Assembly (NCBI GenBank): GCA_003563855.1
Contig: PWTM01000191.1
Span: 1 to 47,643 of the forward strand
Length of the DNA: 47,643 bases
Reading direction: 5' to 3'
Source of the DNA: PVC group bacterium
GTDB taxonomy: Bacteria > Verrucomicrobiota > Kiritimatiellia > PWTM01
The first letter of the stretch is position 1; each line of letters begins with the position of its first letter. The notes beneath the pieces were generated by a model. It saw nothing but the letters and a program-made list of their open reading frames with translations, was not told where the DNA came from and searched no databases. The position numbers and the translations under genes are program-made. Below, one piece after another: positions 10,681 to 22,028 of the stretch.

Positions 10681-11778
10681 GTGAACGGCTCGGTCCGCAT
10701 CGCGCGTCCGTTCGGGATCGAGGTTCGTGTTCACGCGACGTTCCCGCTCCTGCTGCTCTGGGTTGCGGTGCATGCGGCGCGTGCGGCCGGCGCGCAGGCG
10801 GCGCTCGGCTCGGCGGCCTTCGTCCTCGGGCTTTTCGCCTGCGTCGTGCTGCACGAACTCGGGCATAGCCGGGTCGCGATGGCGTTCGGCGTCCCGGTGC
10901 GCCGCATCACGCTCTACCCGATCGGCGGCATGGCGGCGATGGCGCGCATTCCCCGCCGGCCGCGCGAGGAACTGCTGATGGCGCTGGCGGGGCCCGCGGT
11001 CAACGCGGTCATCGCCGCCGCGCTCTGGGCGGCGCGCGGCTGGCCGGATCTCGCGCGGCTGGAACCGTTCCCGGCGAGCGCCGGGGCGCTGCTCGACATG
11101 CTCCTGCTCGGCAACGTGCTGTTGGTCGCGTTCAACCTGCTCCCGGCCTTTCCGATGGACGGCGGGCGGGTGTTGCGCAGCCTGCTGGCGCAGGTGCAGC
11201 CCTACGGGACCGCCACGGCCTACGCGGCTGCGGTCGGCCAGCTCATGGCCGTGGCGTTCGGCGTGCTCGGGCTCCGGCACGGCAACCCCTTCCTGCCCGT
11301 GATGGCGGTGGTCCTGGTGCTGGTCGCCCGCCGCGAGGCCGCGGCCGCCCGGCAGCGCGAGTGGATCGAGCGGCGACGCCCGGCCGAGCGGATGCGGCCG
11401 CTGCGGCCGGCGCTGGCGCCGGAGGAACCGCTTTCGCGCTGCCCCGCGCTCTGGCAGGCGACCGGCCGCGCCGACTTTCCGGTGCTGTTCGAGGACCGGG
11501 TGGTCGGCCTGATGCCGCGCGAGCGATGGCAACGCGCCTTGCGCCGCCTCGGCCCCGAGGCGCCGGTCGGGGAGGCCATGGAGCGCCGGTTTTACGCCGT
11601 GCCGGCCGACGAGGAGTGCACCGAGCAGGTCGCCGCGCTCCTGGCCGCCCACCAGATCCCGATCCCGGTCGTGCGCGACGGGCAGGCGGTGGGGGTGCTC
11701 ATCCCGGACGAGCGCGAAGACGCGGCGCGTCCGGTCGCCGCGACCGGGCGCTGGACCCTCGATCTCGGTCCCGCCTGA
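10681..11778 (+). CDS. Site-2 protease (M50) with C-terminal CBS domains
   Basis: HELGH zinc motif, LAGPAVN, FNLLPAFPMDGGRVLR; C-terminal CBS-like segments (FPVLFEDRVVGL, PVVRDGQAVGVL). Confidence 0.9.
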   Translation: MNGSVRIARPFGIEVRVHATFPLLLLWVAVHAARAAGAQAALGSAAFVLGLFACVVLHELGHSRVAMAFGVPVRRITLYPIGGMAAMARIPRRPREELLMALAGPAVNAVIAAALWAARGWPDLARLEPFPASAGALLDMLLLGNVLLVAFNLLPAFPMDGGRVLRSLLAQVQPYGTATAYAAAVGQLMAVAFGVLGLRHGNPFLPVMAVVLVLVARREAAAARQREWIERRRPAERMRPLRPALAPEEPLSRCPALWQATGRADFPVLFEDRVVGLMPRERWQRALRRLGPEAPVGEAMERRFYAVPADEECTEQVAALLAAHQIPIPVVRDGQAVGVLIPDEREDAARPVAATGRWTLDLGPA

Positions 11779-11796
11779 GCGGTCCCCGGAACGCTG

Positions 11797-11825
11797 TTGA
11801 CAGGCCGGCGGTCTTCCTCTAGCGT
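11797..11825 (+). promoter_or_regulatory. Putative sigma70 promoter
   Basis: TTGACA-N17-TAGCGT, ending 8 nt before the ATG at 11834. Confidence 0.55.
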
Positions 11826-11833
11826 TCTCGTCG

Positions 11834-13396
11834 ATGGCGCTGGTCTATCCTGTTGCATGGCTTGTCCTTTGGGTTGCCGCGGAGCTGGCCGGGTTGCTGC
11901 TGGGCCGTCGCCTGGCGCTGTTCCGGTCGGCGGGGGTGCGTTGCGTTTACTGGGCGCTGCGGCCGCTCGGAGTCGCGGCAGTCCTTCACCTGGTCTACCG
12001 GCTGAACCCCGAGCAGGCGTTCACCAACGTGCTGGGCTATCCCTACTACGCCAGGCCGTGGCAGGCGGAATTCTCGCCGTTCGCCCTGCTGGCCGAGGCC
12101 GTGCGTTCGCCGGTGATCCGTTTCTGGTCCCTGACCTCCGTGGTCGTCTTCCTCGCCATCTTTGCGCTCGCGGTCTTCGCGATGCGCGGCGGTTGCCGCA
12201 CCCGCGGCCGCCGGGCGGGCTTTCTCGGACTCCTGTTCCTGCTGACCGTCGCGCTGCACCTCGCGCTGGCCTGCGTTCCGGGCGGGGCATCCCGGCCGAT
12301 GGAGCGCTTCGACTCCTTCCTGCGGCCCTGGTTCAACTCGGGGGCGACGTTTCTCTACGCCCTGGAGCACGTGGACACGCCGCGCCGGTTCATGCGCAAC
12401 TTCGTCGCGCGGCAACCCGCGCTTCGGCGCTCGATGAGCGGGCTGTCCCATCCGCCCGGCGGCACGTTGTCTCTCTACGCCATCGGACAGGTCATGCGGG
12501 TGGAAGGGGTGCGCCGCCACGACCGGCTGAAGTATGCGGTGGGCGTAACGCTGTTCAGCGCGCTGAACGTATTCGCCGTCTACTTCCTCGCCGCCTCCGT
12601 CTTCGGTTCGGCCCGAACCGGATGCCTGGCCGCCTGTTTCTGGAGCTGCCTTCCGCTTTCGACGCTCTACAACACCTGGGCGCAGAACGGCGTGTTCCTG
12701 GTCTTCTTCACGCTGGCGCTGGGACTGATGTGGACGGCCGTGGTCCCGGAACGGCGGTCGCCGTGGAGCCTGCTGCTGCTCGGTGTCGTCTTCCATTTCC
12801 TGACCCTGCTGACGTACGCGTGGATGATCGCGACCGCGATCTTCGCCGTGTTCGTCGTGGCGCATGGATGGCGCCGGGGCCGCGGCCTGCGCGAGATCGC
12901 CTGGCGCGGCGTGCCTCCGCTGGCGGTGATGACGGTCCTGACCGGAGCGACGCTGGCCGTCTACCGCCTGGACTACCTCGCCATGTACCGGAACGCTTCC
13001 TACTACGTGAGCCTGTTCTACCGGATCGAGGGCGCCACCGCCTGGTTCATGGGCCTGGCGGGCGGGCAGCTTGCGCTGTTTCTGGGGCTGGGGCCGCTCC
13101 TGCTTTCGGCGTTCTTCGCGGCGCTATGGGTCGCCGGCCGCAGCGGCAGGGGGTGGGGCGACCGGGAGCTTTTTCTGGCCTCGATGGCGGGCATCTACCT
13201 GCTGCCGATGTTCTTCTACCACCGGTTGAATATCGAGGCGCCGCGCGTCTGGAACTGGATGGCGATGCTGCCGCTCGTGTTCGCCGTGCATCACCTGGCC
13301 GAGGAACGGCGGCGTCCCGCCCTCGTCGGGATCGCGCTCGCCGGCACCTTCGCGGCCTCGTTCCTGATGAAGCTCTTCTACGACTTCGCGCCCTAG
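11834..13396 (+). CDS. Polytopic membrane protein, probable GT-C fold glycosyltransferase (PMT/ArnT-like)
   Basis: More than 10 hydrophobic segments, a loop ending in SHPPG, VFAVYFLAASVFG and a late EAPRVW motif. Confidence 0.6.
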   Translation: MALVYPVAWLVLWVAAELAGLLLGRRLALFRSAGVRCVYWALRPLGVAAVLHLVYRLNPEQAFTNVLGYPYYARPWQAEFSPFALLAEAVRSPVIRFWSLTSVVVFLAIFALAVFAMRGGCRTRGRRAGFLGLLFLLTVALHLALACVPGGASRPMERFDSFLRPWFNSGATFLYALEHVDTPRRFMRNFVARQPALRRSMSGLSHPPGGTLSLYAIGQVMRVEGVRRHDRLKYAVGVTLFSALNVFAVYFLAASVFGSARTGCLAACFWSCLPLSTLYNTWAQNGVFLVFFTLALGLMWTAVVPERRSPWSLLLLGVVFHFLTLLTYAWMIATAIFAVFVVAHGWRRGRGLREIAWRGVPPLAVMTVLTGATLAVYRLDYLAMYRNASYYVSLFYRIEGATAWFMGLAGGQLALFLGLGPLLLSAFFAALWVAGRSGRGWGDRELFLASMAGIYLLPMFFYHRLNIEAPRVWNWMAMLPLVFAVHHLAEERRRPALVGIALAGTFAASFLMKLFYDFAP

Positions 13397-13558
13397 CGCC
13401 GCGTCGATCCCAAGGCGGAGCAAGGAGCGGGAGCGACCGCGGACTCCCGATCGTGTACCGTAGTCGTCGGCGTAGTGTGCGCCGTGGAAAGGCCACACCG
13501 CCCAGCGGGTGCGAGACCCGCCCGGCCACTGTCGCTCCGGCCGGAAGCCGTTGGAGCA

Positions 13559-13769
13559 GGGGTGGATGTCCCCCCCCCGGGAACGCCCCGCTCCAGCGTG
13601 GCACGGTCCTGGTCTGCGAGGTTCTCGTCCCCTTGGTCGGCCAGGCTGGAGCCTGGCGTTCCCAGGGTGCACGCTCCGGTCTACACTATTGCCCCTCTGC
13701 TGGATCCCCCGGGGCGGCACGGTACCCTTACGAGGTCATGGGCTCTCCCTCCCCGGGGGGCGGCCCTGC
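13559..13769 (+). repeat. Composite REP-like element, partial copy
   Basis: Near-identical to about 2280-2490 (GGTGGATGTCC...GGCACGGTCCTGGTC...GGCCAGGCTGGAGCCTGGCGTTCCC...CCCTTACGA). Confidence 0.85.
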
Positions 13770-13777
13770 GTCTGTGA

Positions 13778-13806
13778 TTGACCGTCCGGGTTGCTCCCTC
13801 TAGAAT
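13778..13806 (+). promoter_or_regulatory. Putative sigma70 promoter
   Basis: TTGACC-N17-TAGAAT, followed by GGAGG and the ATG at 13846. Confidence 0.6.
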
Positions 13807-13845
13807 CGCACGCGCTTACGGGCATCCCGGCGGAGGAGCGGATTT

Positions 13846-14541
13846 ATGACGGACGACACAGAGACGGTGGAAGCGGGCATCGCGGAGGCGCCGCCGAAAC
13901 GGTTCGGGCTTCTGGTCGACCTGGAGGGCGTGGCCTTCCCGGTACGCGAGACGCTGGCGGGGGCCCTGCGCGAGGGACTGGACGCGGCGCTGGTTCCCGA
14001 ATTGACGCCGGGCTTTCTCTGCCGCCACCTGGTCGATCCGTCTTCGACCCGCGTCGCGAAGTCGGTCGCCGAGGCGCTCGGGCTGCGTGCGGGCGTGCGC
14101 GACACCCTGCGCAAGGCGCTGGATGCGGCCATCACGGCGCGGCTGTCCGAAGGCTCGGCGGCCTGGTCGGACGGATGGGCGCAGCTCTCGGACAAGGCGA
14201 CGGCGCTCGATTTCGCGGCGTGCCTGGTCGCCGACGGCGCCGGCCTGGAGATTCCGGGCATCGAGGACACCGGGATTCTGCTGGTGGCCGGAGACAGCGG
14301 CAAGGGCGAGTGCGGTGGCGCCGCCTGGAGCAAGGCCGTGCGCCGTCTCGGCGTGACGCCCCCGGCTTGCGTCGCCCTGGTGGGCGGGGCGGCCGCCTGC
14401 CGCAACGCGCTCCTGGCGGGTGTCGGGCGCGTCATCGCGGTGCTCGACGCCTACAACGGCGGCCACGACTTCTCCGGGGCGGACACGATGGTCGCCGCGC
14501 TGGCCGACGTCGAGCTGGCCGTACCTCGCGGGGGGGTCTGA
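13846..14541 (+). CDS. HAD-superfamily-fold protein with degenerate catalytic motifs
   Basis: LLVDLEGV (motif I-like) and KAVRRLGVTPPACVALVG...ALLAGV (motif III/IV region lacking the acidic residues); C-terminal HDFSGAD. Confidence 0.6.
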   Translation: MTDDTETVEAGIAEAPPKRFGLLVDLEGVAFPVRETLAGALREGLDAALVPELTPGFLCRHLVDPSSTRVAKSVAEALGLRAGVRDTLRKALDAAITARLSEGSAAWSDGWAQLSDKATALDFAACLVADGAGLEIPGIEDTGILLVAGDSGKGECGGAAWSKAVRRLGVTPPACVALVGGAAACRNALLAGVGRVIAVLDAYNGGHDFSGADTMVAALADVELAVPRGGV

Positions 14542-14544
14542 GCG

Positions 14545-15414
14545 GTGCCGGCGCGCGAAGGCGCGCCGGGCGAGCTCCCCGTCGGCGAGTCGGCGCTGCC
14601 CGATCGCCCCATCGACCGTCTGCTGGCCGTGATGCGCCGGCTGCGCGGGCCCGGGGGGTGCCCCTGGGACCGGGAACAGACGCTCGCCTCGCTCAAGGCC
14701 TACCTGGTCGAGGAGTGCTACGAGACGCTCGACGCGATCGACGGGGGCGAGCCGGACCGCATCCGCGAAGAGCTTGGCGATGTGCTGCTGCAGATCGTCT
14801 TCCAGGCCCGGATCTGCGAGGAAGAGGGCTGGTTCGGGTTCGAGGACGTGGCCGCGACGCTCGCGGAGAAGCTGATCCGCCGGCATCCCCACGTCTTCGG
14901 CGACGTCCGCGTTTCCGGTCCGGCCGAGGTGCTGCGCAACTGGGAATCCATCAAGGACGCGGAGCGCGGCGGCGAGACCGGTCGGGGTTCGGCCGTGGAC
15001 GGCATCCCGCCCAACCTGCCCGCCCTGCATCAGGCGGACCGGGTCCAGGCGCGCGCCGCGCGGGTCGGATTCGACTGGCCCGATACGGACCCCGTGCTGG
15101 CCAAACTGGACGAGGAAGTCGCCGAGCTGAAGGCGGCGGTCGCCGGCGGGGCGCCCGCGCGGATCCGCGAGGAGATCGGCGACGTGCTCTTCACCGTCGT
15201 GAACCTTACCCGCTTCCTCCATGTGAATGCCGAACAGGCGCTGCGGGGAACGACCGCGAAGTTCATCCGCCGGTTCCGCGAGGTCGAGCGGCGGATGCGC
15301 GCGGCGGGCCGGCCGCTCGCCGACTGCACGCTCCGGGAGCTCGACGCCGCCTGGGACGCCGTCAAGGCGGAGGAGGCGTCTCCGTCCGATCCGCCTCCGC
15401 GCGAAACGCCGTAA
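14545..15414 (+). CDS. mazG: Nucleoside triphosphate pyrophosphohydrolase MazG
   Basis: LRGPGGCPWDREQT, EELGDVLLQ, KLIRRHPHVF, RVGFDW, EEIGDVLF. Confidence 0.95.
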   Translation: MPAREGAPGELPVGESALPDRPIDRLLAVMRRLRGPGGCPWDREQTLASLKAYLVEECYETLDAIDGGEPDRIREELGDVLLQIVFQARICEEEGWFGFEDVAATLAEKLIRRHPHVFGDVRVSGPAEVLRNWESIKDAERGGETGRGSAVDGIPPNLPALHQADRVQARAARVGFDWPDTDPVLAKLDEEVAELKAAVAGGAPARIREEIGDVLFTVVNLTRFLHVNAEQALRGTTAKFIRRFREVERRMRAAGRPLADCTLRELDAAWDAVKAEEASPSDPPPRETP

Positions 15415-16378
15415 GCAGCGCCTCGATGCCACGGCCGGTCTGCGCGGAGATCGCGATCGGCGCCGTGCCGGTACGACGGCGGAACTCGGGGAGTCGCGCT
15501 TCGGCGTCCGGGAGGTCCAGCTTGTTCGCCGCCACCAGCCGTGGCCGGTCGGCCAGCCCGGCCCCGTGTTGCCGGAGTTCCTCCAGCAGGCACGCGTAGT
15601 CGTCGGCGGGATCGCGGCCGTCCGCGCCCGAGAGGTCGACGACGAAGACCAGGAGGCGGGTGCGCTCGATGTGTCGGAGGAAGGCGTGCCCGAGTCCGAC
15701 GCCCCGGTGGGCGCCGGAGAGCAGCCCGGGGATGTCGGCCACGCGCCAGGTCCGCTCGTCGTCCAGCAGGACCGTGCCGATCACGGGGTGCAGGGTCGTG
15801 AAGGGGTAGGGGGCGACCTTCGGGCGCGCGCGGCTGATCCGCCGCAGCAGCGTCGACTTCCCCGCGTTCGGAAAGCCGACCAGCCCGGCCTCGGCGATCA
15901 GCTTGAGCTCGAGCCAGAGATGCCGCTCCTCGCCGTCCTCGCCTGGCGTGCACTCCCGCGGCGCCTGCCGGACCGACGTCGCGAACCGGGCGTTGCCCAG
16001 TCCGCCCCGTCCCCCCCGCGCGGCGCGGAACCGCTGGCCGGGCGCGACCAGGTCGGCGAGGACCGCGCCCGCCTCGTCGCGGACCTCCGTCCCGCAGGGC
16101 ACGCGCACAATCCGGTCCGCGCCGTCCCGCCCGTGCTGACGCTGGCCGCGGCCGGAGCCGCCGTGCACGGCGCGCTGGATCGGCTGGTAGAAAAGCGAAA
16201 GCAGCGAGTTCTCGTGCGGCGAGGCTTCGAGGATCACGTGGCCGCCGCGACCGCCGTCGCCGCCGTCCGGGCCCCCGCGCGGGACGAACTTCTCGCGGCG
16301 AAAGCTGCAGACGCCATGACCGCCGCGACCGGCCCGGACCTCGATGCGGACCCGGTCGACGAACGTCGGCGGCTTCAT
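15362..16378 (-). CDS. obg: GTPase Obg/CgtA
   Basis: FVDRV, Gly-rich Obg fold (GGPDGGDGGRGG), GFPNAGKST, YPFTT, DIPG, NKLD, ISA. Confidence 0.96.
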   Translation of the reverse strand: MKPPTFVDRVRIEVRAGRGGHGVCSFRREKFVPRGGPDGGDGGRGGHVILEASPHENSLLSLFYQPIQRAVHGGSGRGQRQHGRDGADRIVRVPCGTEVRDEAGAVLADLVAPGQRFRAARGGRGGLGNARFATSVRQAPRECTPGEDGEERHLWLELKLIAEAGLVGFPNAGKSTLLRRISRARPKVAPYPFTTLHPVIGTVLLDDERTWRVADIPGLLSGAHRGVGLGHAFLRHIERTRLLVFVVDLSGADGRDPADDYACLLEELRQHGAGLADRPRLVAANKLDLPDAEARLPEFRRRTGTAPIAISAQTGRGIEALLTAFRAEADRTETPPPP

Positions 16379-16415
16379 GGGTGCCTGCGCGGCCGGCGCC
16401 GCGCCGCGGGCGCGC

Positions 16416-16673
16416 TCAGCCGGCGGCGGCCGCCGGACGGATGTGCACGCGGCGGCCCTCGCGGTCGAACTCCACGATGCCGTCCCTCAGGGCGAAAAGC
16501 GTGTAGTCGCGGCCCGTGCCGACGTTCTCGCCCGCATGCACCCGGGTTCCGGTCTGCCGGACGAGGATGTGCCCCGCGCGAACCTGCTGCCCGCCGTAGC
16601 GCTTCAAGCCCCGCCGCTTGGCGTTGCTGTCGCGCCCGTTTCGGCTGGTTCCCTGGCCCTTCTTGTGCGCCAT
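16416..16673 (-). CDS. rpmA: 50S ribosomal protein L27
   Basis: [16 protein letters not shown]...GRDYTLFA. Confidence 0.97.
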   Translation of the reverse strand: MAHKKGQGTSRNGRDSNAKRRGLKRYGGQQVRAGHILVRQTGTRVHAGENVGTGRDYTLFALRDGIVEFDREGRRVHIRPAAAAG

Positions 16674-16691
16674 GACCCGTTCCTCCGCGCC

Positions 16692-17012
16692 TTACCCGGC
16701 CTTGATCTGCTGGACCTGCAACCGCGTCAGGCCCTGCCGGTGTCCCACCTTGCGGTGATAGCCCTTGCGGCGCTTCTTTTTGAACGAAACCAACTTCGGC
16801 CCCCGGTGGTGATCGACCACCTCCGCCGTCACCTCGGCGCCGGCCACGACCGGCGCGCCGACCGAGAGCTGCTGCCCGTCCGAGACGGCCAGGACCCGGT
16901 CCAGCGTCACCACGGAACCCGGTTCGGCCTCGATCAGCTCGACATCGAGTCGTGCGCCTTCGCTCACGCGGTACTGCTTTCCGCCGCTTTCGATCACCGC
17001 ATACGGTTCCAT
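16692..17012 (-). CDS. rplU: 50S ribosomal protein L21
   Basis: YAVIESGGKQYRV...KKKRRKGYHRKVGHRQ. Confidence 0.97.
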   Translation of the reverse strand: MEPYAVIESGGKQYRVSEGARLDVELIEAEPGSVVTLDRVLAVSDGQQLSVGAPVVAGAEVTAEVVDHHRGPKLVSFKKKRRKGYHRKVGHRQGLTRLQVQQIKAG

Positions 17013-17077
17013 GACACCCTCGCCGTTTCGCCCCGCCGCGCCCGTTCGCCGCGTTGCCGGGGACGTGAAAGCGATAG

Positions 17078-18278
<1,201 letters not shown>

Positions 18279-18491
18279 GCGGCGCCAGCGGCGACCTTTG
18301 GCGCCGGTCGGGGGGGGGCGTGTCGACCGTAATCGTCGACCGTACTCGTTCCGAACACGGCCCGGCCCGGACTGTACATCGCCGGGCCGGTCTGGTATGA
18401 ACACGGCCTCGTTCCGGCCGCGCCGGGACGAGCGCCGTGCGCTGCGTTCCGCGCGGCCGCTGTACACTTCAGCGCTAAGGGGAGCCGGAGA

Positions 18492-20480
18492 ATGAGCCGC
18501 AACACCGAGATTCTGAAGAAGGCCGCCAACGAGGCGCGCGGCCTGGCCATGGATGCCGTGCATGCCTGCGCCTCCGGGCACCTCGGCCTGCCGCTCGGCG
18601 CCGCCGAGATTGGCGCCGTCCTCTTCGGAGAGTTCCTGCGCTTCGATCCGGCCGATCCCCGCTGGCCGAACCGCGACCGGTTCGTCCTCTCGGCCGGCCA
18701 CGGCTCGATGTTCCTCTACGCCTGGCTTCACCTGGCCGGCTACGACCTGCCGATGGACGAGATCCGCCGCTTCCGCCAGCTGGGCAGCCAGACGCCCGGC
18801 CATCCGGAGTTCGGCGACACGCCCGGGGTCGAGTGCACTACCGGCCCGCTCGGCCAGGGGATCGGCAACGCGGTCGGCATGGCGATCGCGGGCAAGATGG
18901 CCGCCGCGCGGTTCAACACGGACGGCTGCCGTGTCTTCGACTACCACGTCGTCGCGCTCGTCGGCGACGGCTGCATGCAGGAGGGCGTCTCGCAGGAGGC
19001 CTCCGCGTTGGCCGGCCACCTGGCGCTCGACAACCTGATCCTGGTCTACGACGCGAACGGCGTGACGCTCGACGCGATGGCCTCGGCGACGCAGAGCGAG
19101 GATACGGCGAAGCGCTTCGAGGCCTACGGGTTTGACGTGCAGACCGTTGACGGGCACGACCCTGCCGCCGTCCTCGCGGCCCTCGAGGCGGCGCGCGCGG
19201 CGGACAACGGCCGCCCGAAGCTGATCGTGGCGCACACCGAGATCGCCCGCGGGATCCCGGAGGTCGCCGGCACGGCCAAGGGCCACGGCGAAGCCGGGCA
19301 CAAGTTCGTCGACAAGGCTCGCCGCGCGCTCGGGCTGCCGGACGAGCCGTTCTTCGTCTCCGACGAGGTGCGCGCCTTCTTCGCCGAGCGCCGGAAACGG
19401 CAGGCCCAGGCGCACGCCGCCTGGCGCAAGGTGGCGGAGCACTGGCGCACGGCGGCGCCCGACCGCGCCGCGCTGCTCGACGAAGCCCTCTCCGGCCGGG
19501 CGCCGTCCGGGCTCCTCGACCGGATCCCCCCCTTCGATCCGGCCGCGAAGCTCGCCACGCGCGCGGCGGGCGAGGCCGTGATCCAGCACGTGGCCGCCGC
19601 GATGCCGCGCTTCGTCAGTGGCAGCGCCGATCTGCACGGCTCGACGAAGAACTACATCGCGGAGGCCGGCGATTTCACCGCGGAGAACCCGGCCGGGCGT
19701 AACCTGCGCTTCGGCATCCGCGAGCATGCCATGGCCGCCGTCTGCAACGGCATGGCCTACGACGGGCTCTTCCGCCCCTCCTGCGCCACGTTCCTTGTCT
19801 TCTCCGACTACGCCCGCCCGTCGATCCGACTCGCCGCGCTGGCGGGGTTGCCGGTCGTCTACCTCTTCACCCACGACTCGGTCGGCGTCGGCGAGGACGG
19901 CCCCACGCACCAGCCCGTGGAAACCCTCGCGGCCCTGCGCGCGATCCCGAACCTGGACGTCATCCGGCCGGCCGACCCCGAGGAGACGGCTGGCGCCTAT
20001 GCGGCCGCCCTCGAGCGGATGGACGGGCCGACGGTCATCGCCATGACGCGGCAGAACCTGCCGATGCTCGATGCCGTCCCCGTCGAGGAGCGCCGGACAG
20101 GCGTCGCGCGCGGCGCCTACGTCGCGCGGCGCGAGACGGCTGCGCTCGAAGCGATCCTGCTGGCCTGCGGCAGCGAGCTGCAGCTTGCGCTCGCCGCTGC
20201 GGACGAACTCGGCCCGGGCGTGCGCGTCGTCGCGATGCCGTGCATGGAGCGTTTCGCCCGCCAGCCGGCGGAGGTCCGCGAGTCCGTCCTTCCCGCCGCC
20301 TGCCGGCGGCGCGCGGCGATCGATGCCGGTACCGCCGATCCCTGGCATCGCTGGGTCGGGCTCGACGGCTGCGTGGTCGGGCTCGACCGCTTTGGCCTGA
20401 GCGCCCCCTACACCGAGGCGCTCGAACACCTCGGCATCACGACCGCCGCCCTCGTCCGCGCCGTCCGCGGGCTCGGCTGA
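18492..20480 (+). CDS. tkt: Transketolase
   Basis: [48 protein letters not shown]. Confidence 0.97.
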   Translation: MSRNTEILKKAANEARGLAMDAVHACASGHLGLPLGAAEIGAVLFGEFLRFDPADPRWPNRDRFVLSAGHGSMFLYAWLHLAGYDLPMDEIRRFRQLGSQTPGHPEFGDTPGVECTTGPLGQGIGNAVGMAIAGKMAAARFNTDGCRVFDYHVVALVGDGCMQEGVSQEASALAGHLALDNLILVYDANGVTLDAMASATQSEDTAKRFEAYGFDVQTVDGHDPAAVLAALEAARAADNGRPKLIVAHTEIARGIPEVAGTAKGHGEAGHKFVDKARRALGLPDEPFFVSDEVRAFFAERRKRQAQAHAAWRKVAEHWRTAAPDRAALLDEALSGRAPSGLLDRIPPFDPAAKLATRAAGEAVIQHVAAAMPRFVSGSADLHGSTKNYIAEAGDFTAENPAGRNLRFGIREHAMAAVCNGMAYDGLFRPSCATFLVFSDYARPSIRLAALAGLPVVYLFTHDSVGVGEDGPTHQPVETLAALRAIPNLDVIRPADPEETAGAYAAALERMDGPTVIAMTRQNLPMLDAVPVEERRTGVARGAYVARRETAALEAILLACGSELQLALAAADELGPGVRVVAMPCMERFARQPAEVRESVLPAACRRRAAIDAGTADPWHRWVGLDGCVVGLDRFGLSAPYTEALEHLGITTAALVRAVRGLG

Positions 20481-20496
20481 GCGCCCGGAGCCGGTC

Positions 20497-21648
20497 GTGC
20501 GGGCGCGCGCGCGAGCGCAGCGGGAGGAGGCCGAGGAGCGGACGCTCGCGCCCTGCGCCGCGCGCAGCCGCCGTAGCTTCGGCCGCGCCGTTCCCGAGCC
20601 GGCCCACCCGTACCGGCCCGAGTTCCAGCGCGACCGCGACCGCGTCCTCCACAGCCGCGCCTTCCGCCGCCTCGAGTACAAGACGCAGGTCTTTGTCAAC
20701 GGCACGGCCGACCACTACCGCACGCGCCTGACCCACACCTTCGAGATGGCCGCCGTCAGTCGCACGCTCGCCCGCGGGCTCGGCGCGAACGAGGACCTCG
20801 CCGAGGCCGTCGCACTCGCGCACGACCTCGGCCACAGCCCCTTCGGCCACTGTGGCGAGGACGTGCTCAACACCCTGATGAAGAACGAGGGCGGGTTCGA
20901 CCACAACCTGCAGAGCTGCCGGATCGTCGAACGGCTCGAAGCCCAGTACCCCGGCCTGCCGGGCCTGAACCTGACCTGGGAAGTCCGGGCCGGTCTGCGC
21001 AAGCACCAGGCCGGCATTCCCGGCGCCCGGCTCGACGGCCGTCCGCTCGGCCCCTTCCCCTCGCTCGAGGCGCAGATCGCCGACCTGGCCGACGACATGA
21101 CCTACCACGCCCACGACCTGGACGACGGCATGGAGGCGGGCCTTATCGGCGAGGCGCAGCTCGAGGCCCTCGACCTCTGGCGCCTCTGCCGCGGGCGCGC
21201 CGAAGCGCAGTTCCCCGCCGCCTCGGCCGACCAGCTCCGGAGTGTCGCGATCCGCAACCTGCTCGACGTCCAGGTCGAGGACGTCCTGCGCGCCTCCGCC
21301 GACCGGATCGCCCGCCATGCCCCCGACTCGATGGCCGATGTGATGAACGCGCCCGAGCGCCTGGTCGCTTTCAGCCCGGAGATGAAGGCGCGGGTCGACC
21401 CCTGGCGCGCCTTCCTCTTCCGGGCGATGTATGGGCACCCGGACGTTGCCGACGCGAACCGCGCGGGCGCCGCGATGCTGCGGCGGCTCTTCCTGCACTA
21501 CGTCGAGCGCCCCGAGACGCTCGGCCGAAAGGCACGGGCCCGGATCGAAACCGAGGGGCTCTGGCGCACCGCCTGCGACTACGTCGCCGGCTGCACCGAC
21601 CGCTACGCGCTCGAGGAATACGCCCGCTTCGGCCTCGGGGACGCGTGA
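20497..21648 (+). CDS. dgt: Deoxyguanosinetriphosphate triphosphohydrolase (HD family)
   Basis: FQRDRDRVLHSRAFRRLEYKTQVF, RTRLTH, AHDLGHSPFGH, ADDMTYHAHDLDD, DYVAGCTDRYA. Confidence 0.93.
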   Translation: MRARARAQREEAEERTLAPCAARSRRSFGRAVPEPAHPYRPEFQRDRDRVLHSRAFRRLEYKTQVFVNGTADHYRTRLTHTFEMAAVSRTLARGLGANEDLAEAVALAHDLGHSPFGHCGEDVLNTLMKNEGGFDHNLQSCRIVERLEAQYPGLPGLNLTWEVRAGLRKHQAGIPGARLDGRPLGPFPSLEAQIADLADDMTYHAHDLDDGMEAGLIGEAQLEALDLWRLCRGRAEAQFPAASADQLRSVAIRNLLDVQVEDVLRASADRIARHAPDSMADVMNAPERLVAFSPEMKARVDPWRAFLFRAMYGHPDVADANRAGAAMLRRLFLHYVERPETLGRKARARIETEGLWRTACDYVAGCTDRYALEEYARFGLGDA

Positions 21649-21796
21649 GTCCCCGCGGCGGCCGGACGTGGGGATCGACTTCCTTCGACTCCGTCGACCA
21701 CCATCGTCAACCGCTGTCGTCGCCCGCTATCGTCAACCGAAAGCCCCAGGGATCGACCACGCCTCGACCCTGCCGGCGACTCGCGGCGCCCGACTA

Positions 21797-21945
21797 CGGG
21801 CGCGAGAAACGCCGCGGTAAACGCTCGCAGCTACAGCGCTGAGCTTTCTCTTCCCCGCGATCCTGTAGCCGCGGTCGCCGACCGCGGCCGGAAAGGCAAG
21901 GATCGCGGGCGCGAGAAAGGCCGCGGACACCGCCCGCGGCTACAG
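21797..21945. repeat. GTAG-type REP doublet element
   Basis: TGTAGCCGCGGTCGCCGACCGCGGCC...GGCCGCGGACACCGCCCGCGGCTACA, plus CTTTCTCTTCCCCGCGATCCT / AGGATCGCGGGCGCGAGAAAG; homologous to about 38845-39025 and 36614-36640. Confidence 0.7.
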
Positions 21946-22028
21946 CGCGTTCCTGCCGGGAGGCGAGGATCAAAGCGCCCTCCCCGCCCTTCGCTCCCCG
22001 CTCTTCGCTCCTCGCTCCTCGCTCCTCG

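Noticed and set aside
15362-15414. 53-nt convergent overlap between mazG and obg
   Set aside because: Only low-complexity tails overlap; common in high-GC genomes.
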